Shown here: positions 58,377-64,000 of the stretch, one piece after another
Layout: each line of letters starts with the position of its first letter
How positions within the stretch are numbered: the first letter of the stretch is position 1
Source: Acidobacteriota bacterium
GTDB taxonomy: Bacteria > Acidobacteriota > UBA890 > WLXD01
NCBI GenBank assembly: GCA_965248695.1
Contig: CBDFKD010000002.1
Location: forward strand, 2,368,001-2,432,000
Reading direction: 5' to 3'
DNA length: 64,000 nt
Notes under the pieces: generated by a model
Seen by the model: only the letters and a program-made list of their open reading frames with translations
The model's database searches: none
Told to the model about the DNA's origin: nothing
Made by a program: the position numbers and the translations under genes

Positions 58377-59774
58377 ATGCCCGACACACTCGCTCCGCTC
58401 GACGCCCACGAGACCGCCGACATCGTCGAAAAGGACAAGAAGCACCTCTGGCATCACCTCCTCCAACACAGCGTCCTGGAGGAGAGCGACCCTAAGATCT
58501 TCGTCGAGGGCACGGGCGCCCGCCTGCGCGATATCGAGGGAACCGAGTACCTGGACGCGTCGTCCGGCGGCGTGTGGTGCGTCAACGTCGGGTACGGTCG
58601 CGAGAGCATCGCCGAGGCGATCCGCGACCAGCTCTTGAAGCTGCCCTACTACGCGGGGGCGGCGGGGACGGTGCCCGCCGCGGAGTTCGCGGATCAGCTG
58701 ACGGACCTACTCCCAGGTCTGGATCGCGTCTACTTCGCCTCGAGCGGCTCCGAGGCGAACGAGAAGGCGTTCAAGATGGTCCGCCAGATCGCCCACCTGA
58801 ACGGCCACGACAAGCATAAGGTCCTGTACCGGGACCGTGACTATCACGGAACCACGATCGCGTGCCTCGCCGCCTCGGGTCAGCCCGAGCGCAAAGAGGC
58901 GTATGGTCCCTTCCCGGACGGATTCGCTGAGATACCGCACGCGCTGTGCTATCGCTGCCCGTTCGGCAAGTCGTATCCGAGCTGTGACCTCGAGTGCGCG
59001 CACTCTCTAGAGGACGCGATCCTCGAAGAGGGGCCCGACACGGTCGGCGGCGTCATATTCGAGACGATCACCGCGGGAGGCGGCGTTATCCCTCCAGTCG
59101 ACGAGTACTACCCCGTCGTCCAGGACATCTGCGAGAAGTACGGCGTTGTCCTGATCCTCGACGAGGTCGTGTGCGGCTTCGGGCGCACCGGGACGATGTT
59201 CGGCTTCGAGCACTACGACATGGCGCCCGACATCGTCACGATGGCGAAGGGTATTGCGAGCGCCTACGCGCCGATCTCTGCCACGGCCGTGCGCGGCGAG
59301 ATCTTCGAAGCCTTCCTCAACGAGCCGAGCGCCCCGCTCGACTACTTCCGCGACATCAGCACGTACGGCGGCTGCACCGGCGGCTTCGCTGCCGGGCTCG
59401 AGAACCTGCGCATCATCGAGGCCGAGGCGCTAGTCGAGAACGCCCGCGTCGTTGGTGCGTACTTTCTCGACCGCCTCCGTGAGCTCGCCGACCACCAGCA
59501 CGTGGGAGACGTGCGCGGCAAAGGCCTCTTCGCCGGTGTGGAGCTAGTCGCCGACAAGGCCACGAAGGAGCCGCTCGGCGAGGAGGCGATGGGTGCGGTC
59601 ATGCGTTCCATCACCGCGGAGGGCGTGCTCGTCGGGCGGACGAACCGGAGCTTGCCCGGCCACAACAACACGTTGAACATGGCTCCACCGCTGATCGTGA
59701 CGGAGTCGGATGTCGACGAGATCGTGGCGGCCGTGAAGGTCGGAATCGAGAAGGGGTGTCGGGAGACGGCGTAG
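58377..59774 (+). CDS. tpa: Taurine-pyruvate aminotransferase-like class III aminotransferase
   Basis: DKKHLWHHL.QH, GGVWCVNVGYGR, SGSEANEKAFK, YRDRDYHGTT, DEVVCG, TMAKG and RDIST motifs; next to xsc. Confidence 0.85.
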   Translation: MPDTLAPLDAHETADIVEKDKKHLWHHLLQHSVLEESDPKIFVEGTGARLRDIEGTEYLDASSGGVWCVNVGYGRESIAEAIRDQLLKLPYYAGAAGTVPAAEFADQLTDLLPGLDRVYFASSGSEANEKAFKMVRQIAHLNGHDKHKVLYRDRDYHGTTIACLAASGQPERKEAYGPFPDGFAEIPHALCYRCPFGKSYPSCDLECAHSLEDAILEEGPDTVGGVIFETITAGGGVIPPVDEYYPVVQDICEKYGVVLILDEVVCGFGRTGTMFGFEHYDMAPDIVTMAKGIASAYAPISATAVRGEIFEAFLNEPSAPLDYFRDISTYGGCTGGFAAGLENLRIIEAEALVENARVVGAYFLDRLRELADHQHVGDVRGKGLFAGVELVADKATKEPLGEEAMGAVMRSITAEGVLVGRTNRSLPGHNNTLNMAPPLIVTESDVDEIVAAVKVGIEKGCRETA

Positions 59775-59829
59775 CCAATCAAGCACGCGGACGCCGAAAG
59801 TCAGGGCCGGCGGGGTCTTTCGGGGGCTG

Positions 59830-61200
59830 TCACGGGCGCCCGACGACCAGGATCTTCAGATCGTTCACATTGGTGCCGGTAGACCCTGTCACCACCGCGG
59901 CCGACAGTCGACGCAACGCGGCGCCCGCGTCGTGGGCACGAAGATACCTAGTCAGATCGAGCCCCATCCGTCGTGCCTCGTCGGCCACCGATCCATCGAC
60001 CAGCCCACCGGCCAGATCCGTCGGTCCGTCCGTTCCGTCGCTGTCGATGCCCAAGACGGCCACATCGCTCAAGCCGTCGATCCCGATGGCAGCGCTCAGC
60101 GCAAATTCCTGGTTGGGTCCGCCTTCACCTGCCGGGCCGTCGATCCGGACAATGGTCTCGCCGCCGCCGATGACAACGCATGGTGGGCGCACAGGCCGAC
60201 CGGTGTGGCGGACATCCTTGGCGATCCCGGCGAACGTGTGTCCGAGTGCAGCACTCTCGCCCTCGAACATGGTCGACAGGATGATCGTGTCGTAGCCCAG
60301 GGTCTCGGCACGCTTGGCCGCACCAACACAGGCGCGGTCGCCCGGCACGACCACGAGGCTCTGTGTCGCTCGACCAACGAAATCCTCTGGCTTTGGCGTT
60401 TCCTGATCCTCGCGGGCGTTGCGAAGGTGGGCCGCCACGGAGGCCGGCACCCGTGACCAGAGCCCGTACTTGTCCAGCGTTGCCACCGCGTCTTCCAGGG
60501 TCGACGTGTCCGGTACGGTGGGATCGGTGATGCAGTCGAGAGCGTCTCCAATAACGTCAGAGACCGTGAGATTGATTAGCGGTGCTTGCGCCGGCACACG
60601 CAGCGCTAAACGACCTCCCTTGACGCGGCTGATGTGCTTTCGAACCGCGTTTATCTCGGTAATCTTGGCACCACAGGTCAGCAAGGCATGGCTCGTTTCC
60701 TGCTTGTCTTGCAGGGAAATCCTGCCCGCCGGATCGACGAACAGCGACGAGCTCCCACCGGTGAAGCAGGCGATGACGAGGTCTCGGGGCATGACGCGGT
60801 CGAGCAGTGCTTTCGTCTGTAGCGCCCCCAGCCGTGAGGCCTCGTCGGGCACCGGGTGGGCTGCGAAATGCTGTGGGATATGTTGCAGCTGCGCGTCCGC
60901 GCCGTGCTTGCCGACTACCAGACCACCGCTGATTCTGCTCTCTAGCAGCTCTTCCAGGGCGCGGGCGATCGGGAAGCTGGCTTTTCCAGCTCCCACAACG
61001 AAGATTCGCCGGTCAGACGCGATCTCGTAGCTCTGGTCGGCCACGGCCAGGTTACGGCCGTCGAATGAGATCAGGGCCTTGGTGGCTTCATACGGGTCCG
61101 CGGCCGCCAGGCCGTGACTGGCGATATCTAATGCGACTCGCCGCAAATCGCCGATACCGTGGCCTATTAGCTCTTCGGCGTTGCGAAAACCCGACCACAC
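59830..61200 (-). CDS. Glycerate 2-kinase family protein (DUF4147/MOFRL)
   Basis: GAGKA, HPVPD, TGGSS, EINAVRKHIS.VKGG, SDVIGD, GGGET, DGTDG and TGTNVND motifs. Confidence 0.88.
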   Translation of the reverse strand: MWSGFRNAEELIGHGIGDLRRVALDIASHGLAAADPYEATKALISFDGRNLAVADQSYEIASDRRIFVVGAGKASFPIARALEELLESRISGGLVVGKHGADAQLQHIPQHFAAHPVPDEASRLGALQTKALLDRVMPRDLVIACFTGGSSSLFVDPAGRISLQDKQETSHALLTCGAKITEINAVRKHISRVKGGRLALRVPAQAPLINLTVSDVIGDALDCITDPTVPDTSTLEDAVATLDKYGLWSRVPASVAAHLRNAREDQETPKPEDFVGRATQSLVVVPGDRACVGAAKRAETLGYDTIILSTMFEGESAALGHTFAGIAKDVRHTGRPVRPPCVVIGGGETIVRIDGPAGEGGPNQEFALSAAIGIDGLSDVAVLGIDSDGTDGPTDLAGGLVDGSVADEARRMGLDLTRYLRAHDAGAALRRLSAAVVTGSTGTNVNDLKILVVGRP

Positions 61201-61232
61201 GGACAGCCCTCCTCGGGCGATCGAGCCGCCGC

Positions 61233-62525
61233 CTATACGGGGCGCCGGAAATCGTGTCCGGCGTAGCGGGCGACCGCGCCCAGCTCCTCCTCGATCTGTA
61301 GCAATCGATTGTGCTTGGCGGTGCGCTCGCCGCGGATTGGCATGCCGGTCTTGATCTGGCCGCTGTCGAGGCCCACCACCAAGTCGGCGATGATCGGGTC
61401 CTCGGTCTCGCCGGAACGCTCGGAGACCTGAACGCCGTAGCCGCTACGGTAGGCGAACGCCGCCGCGTCCCACGCCTCGCTCAGCGAACCGATCTGGTTC
61501 ACTTTGAACAGCATCGCGTTGGCGGCGTTCACAGCGACCCCCTGTTTCAGGCGCTCGACGTTGGTGACGAAAAGATCGTCACCAACGATCTGGGTCTGCG
61601 GCAATTCCTTTGTCAAGCTGGCGAAGCCCTCCATGTCGTTCTCGTCGAGCGGGTCCTCTATCGAGCCCAACGGATACTTCGCGGCCACCTGCTTGTAGAG
61701 CTCGATCAAGGCGCCCCGATCGTACTGCTGGTCGTTCAACTCGTAGAGCCCAGTCGCTTCGTCAAACCAGTGGCTGGCGGCGCAATCGAGACCGTAGATG
61801 ATCTCCTCGCCGAAGCCCACTTTGTAACCCGCACTCTCGCAAGCACGCTGCATGAACTCGAAGGGCTCCCAAATGCCGTGCATCGGGGTCGCGAACCCCC
61901 CTTCGTCGCCAGTATTGGTTGCCAAGATCCCGTACTTCCTGATGACCACATCGCGCAGAGCCTCGTTGATCTCGGTGGTGATCTGCAAGGCACGACGGTA
62001 GGTCTCTGCCCCAACCGGGATAATGATGAACTCTTGGATTTCCAGCTCGTTCGCGGTCAGCTTTCCGCCGTTGAGGCAGTTCATCAGCGGCACGGGCAGA
62101 ATGCGCGCTGTCGGACGCAAGTAGCGGTAGAGGGGGACGCCGCAGACATTAGCCGCCGCACGCGCCACTGCCAGCGACACACCGACGATCGCATTCGCCC
62201 CTAACCGGCTCTTGTCGGGCGTTCCGTCGAGTCCGCACATAGCGAAATCGATCGCCCGTTGATCGGTGACGTCCATGCCGCGCACGAGTTCTGCGATCTC
62301 GCCGTTCACGTTGGCCACCGCTCGAAGCACGCCCTGTCCGGAATACCGGTCAGGTTCGCCGTCCAACAGTACGTGAGCCTCGTGAGTGCCGGTCGAGCGC
62401 CCCTGCGGCACGTCGGCGCGCCCAGCGAGGGTTCCGTCTACCCAGATGTCGGCTTGGACGGTGGGCCAACCGCGGCAGTCGATGATCTCCCGCGCCTTCG
62501 CGTCAGTGATTCTGAACCTACCCAC
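61233..62525 (-). CDS. Enolase-family protein with a divergent active site
   Basis: Full enolase architecture (LGANAI, QEF, GDEGG, DCAAS, IEDP, VGDDL, KVNQIG, QIKTG), but with PQGRSTG, NGGKL and SERSGETED. Start GTG follows GGAGG. Confidence 0.85.
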   Translation of the reverse strand: MGRFRITDAKAREIIDCRGWPTVQADIWVDGTLAGRADVPQGRSTGTHEAHVLLDGEPDRYSGQGVLRAVANVNGEIAELVRGMDVTDQRAIDFAMCGLDGTPDKSRLGANAIVGVSLAVARAAANVCGVPLYRYLRPTARILPVPLMNCLNGGKLTANELEIQEFIIIPVGAETYRRALQITTEINEALRDVVIRKYGILATNTGDEGGFATPMHGIWEPFEFMQRACESAGYKVGFGEEIIYGLDCAASHWFDEATGLYELNDQQYDRGALIELYKQVAAKYPLGSIEDPLDENDMEGFASLTKELPQTQIVGDDLFVTNVERLKQGVAVNAANAMLFKVNQIGSLSEAWDAAAFAYRSGYGVQVSERSGETEDPIIADLVVGLDSGQIKTGMPIRGERTAKHNRLLQIEEELGAVARYAGHDFRRPV

Positions 62526-62774
62526 ACTTCCTCCGTTGGCTTTGAAACACCATGAATCTACTTGATCCGGCACTGGCTGGGTTGTGCGCCGCCTTGATTG
62601 CCGCCTCGACGCTCATCGCCATGGAGCTCTCCTCCATGCCCACATTCCCGACTTCCTGCAAGAGCCTCACAGCTTCCGTGGCATGCTCGCGCAGCGGATG
62701 CCATTATGATCTTCGACCCCGATGGCGTGAGCTGCTAGCCGACCGGTAATCGATAGCGTCTCGAATCGACATTC

Positions 62775-64000
62775 ATGACCCAACAAACCGGCCCGACCTT
62801 CGACAACAGCTACGCGCGCCTGCCAGAGCGCTTTTACTCGCGCCAGTTGCCAGAGCCCGTCTCCACACCGGGCCCGATCCGGATCAACAACACGCTGGCG
62901 CGATACCTGGGCATCGATCCGGATTGGTTGGCATCCCGGGAGGGTACCGAGGTTATCGCCGGCAATCGGATTCCCGATGGGGCCGATCCCATCGCCACGG
63001 TCTACGCGGGTCATCAATTCGGTGGCTGGAACCCGCAACTGGGCGACGGTCGCGCCATACTGCTCGGCGAGGTCATCGCCGCGGACGGTATTCGCCACGA
63101 TATCCAACTCAAGGGCTCGGGCCGCACGCCCTATTCCCGCAATGGCGATGGCCGCGCCCCCCTGGGCCCGGTATTGCGTGAGTACATTGTCAGCGAGGCC
63201 ATGGCGTCCCTGGACATTCCCACCACCCGCTCGCTGGCGGCCGTGACCACTGGCGATCCGGTATACCGGGAGGCAGCCTTGCCGGGCGCAGTCCTGGCTC
63301 GCGTGTCCCAGAGCCATATCCGCATTGGCACGTTCCAGTTTTTCGCCTCAAAGCAGGATACCGAGGCACTGCAAATGCTGGTGGCCCACGTGATAGCTCG
63401 CCACTACCCAGGCCTGGCCGCGGCAGACAATCCCGCGCAGGCGCTGCTGCAGGAAGTCGTAGGCCAACAGGCTCAACTGGTGGCCCGGTGGCAACTGGTC
63501 GGGTTTATCCACGGCGTGATGAATACGGACAATATGCTGCTTTCCGGGGAAACCATTGACTACGGGCCCTGTGCCTTCATGGATGATTTCAATCCCGACA
63601 CCGTCTACAGCTCCATTGACCATGGCGGCCGTTATGCCTACCGCAACCAGCCCCGCATCGCCCACTGGAACCTGGTCTGCCTGGCACAGACCCTGTTGCC
63701 ACTGCTGCACGAAGTCCCGGAGCAAGCCGGAACGCTGGCGCAGGATAGCGTCGATGCGTTTCCCGATAAGTTCCTGGATGCCCACCAGCAGGGCATTGCT
63801 TGCAAGCTTGGCTTTCGGCCCGAGGGTGAAGAGGACGAGTCCCTGCTACAGGACCTGGTGTCGGTGATGGCGGAGACCAGTGTGGACTTCACCCTCAGTT
63901 TTCGGCGCCTGGCTGACCTCGCCAACGGGAACACGGGCGACGAAGGGGTCGGCGCGATTTTCGAATTCCCGCAAGCATTCAATTCATGGCTGGAGCGCTG
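62775..64000 (+). CDS. selO: Protein adenylyltransferase SelO/YdiU; 3'-partial
   Basis: Manual translation gives FDNSYARLP, YAGHQFG..PQLGDGRA, QLKGSGRTPYSR.GDGRA, GFIHGVMNTDN and TIDYGP. The frame runs off the window. Confidence 0.92.
   Translation, partial: MTQQTGPTFDNSYARLPERFYSRQLPEPVSTPGPIRINNTLARYLGIDPDWLASREGTEVIAGNRIPDGADPIATVYAGHQFGGWNPQLGDGRAILLGEVIAADGIRHDIQLKGSGRTPYSRNGDGRAPLGPVLREYIVSEAMASLDIPTTRSLAAVTTGDPVYREAALPGAVLARVSQSHIRIGTFQFFASKQDTEALQMLVAHVIARHYPGLAAADNPAQALLQEVVGQQAQLVARWQLVGFIHGVMNTDNMLLSGETIDYGPCAFMDDFNPDTVYSSIDHGGRYAYRNQPRIAHWNLVCLAQTLLPLLHEVPEQAGTLAQDSVDAFPDKFLDAHQQGIACKLGFRPEGEEDESLLQDLVSVMAETSVDFTLSFRRLADLANGNTGDEGVGAIFEFPQAFNSWLER

Noticed and set aside
62526-62774. 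Possible gene remnant between the enolase paralogue and selO
   Set aside because: Only short open stretches with no recognisable family motif.
1-64000. CRISPR array, rRNA, transposase, integrase or phage genes
   Set aside because: No regularly spaced repeats or recognisable motifs were seen by eye, and intergenic gaps are short.

Overview
High-GC bacterial window that is almost entirely accessory catabolic and cell-envelope genes. It contains serine hydrolases, CocE/NonD hydrolases, amidohydrolases, PQQ-like and LVIVD beta-propellers, ADOP-type ABC permeases, a TonB-dependent receptor, TctCBA, SSS/APC/AGCS transporters, taurine genes xsc-tpa, a glycerate kinase with an enolase paralogue, and the 5' part of selO. 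The gene repertoire suggests an Acidobacteriota-like organism (inference only). The strongest signal is that normally cytoplasmic amine/osmolyte-degrading families carry twin-arginine export peptides. These include two paralogous GbcA-type Rieske oxygenases, each with a long insertion in the Rieske motif and no reductase nearby, and two ectoine-hydrolase-like M24 proteins, alongside two SpdH-like flavoproteins. Other notable items are an enolase lacking two conserved histidines coupled to a kinase, a sugar dehydrogenase fused to a cytochrome cL-like domain, a 5' half tRNA-Arg, two small ORFs below the ORF-track cutoff, and several lesions (in-frame amber, frameshifts, truncated genes). No CRISPR array, rRNA, intact tRNA, integrase or transposase was seen. 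All calls come from motif recognition by eye; no searches were run.
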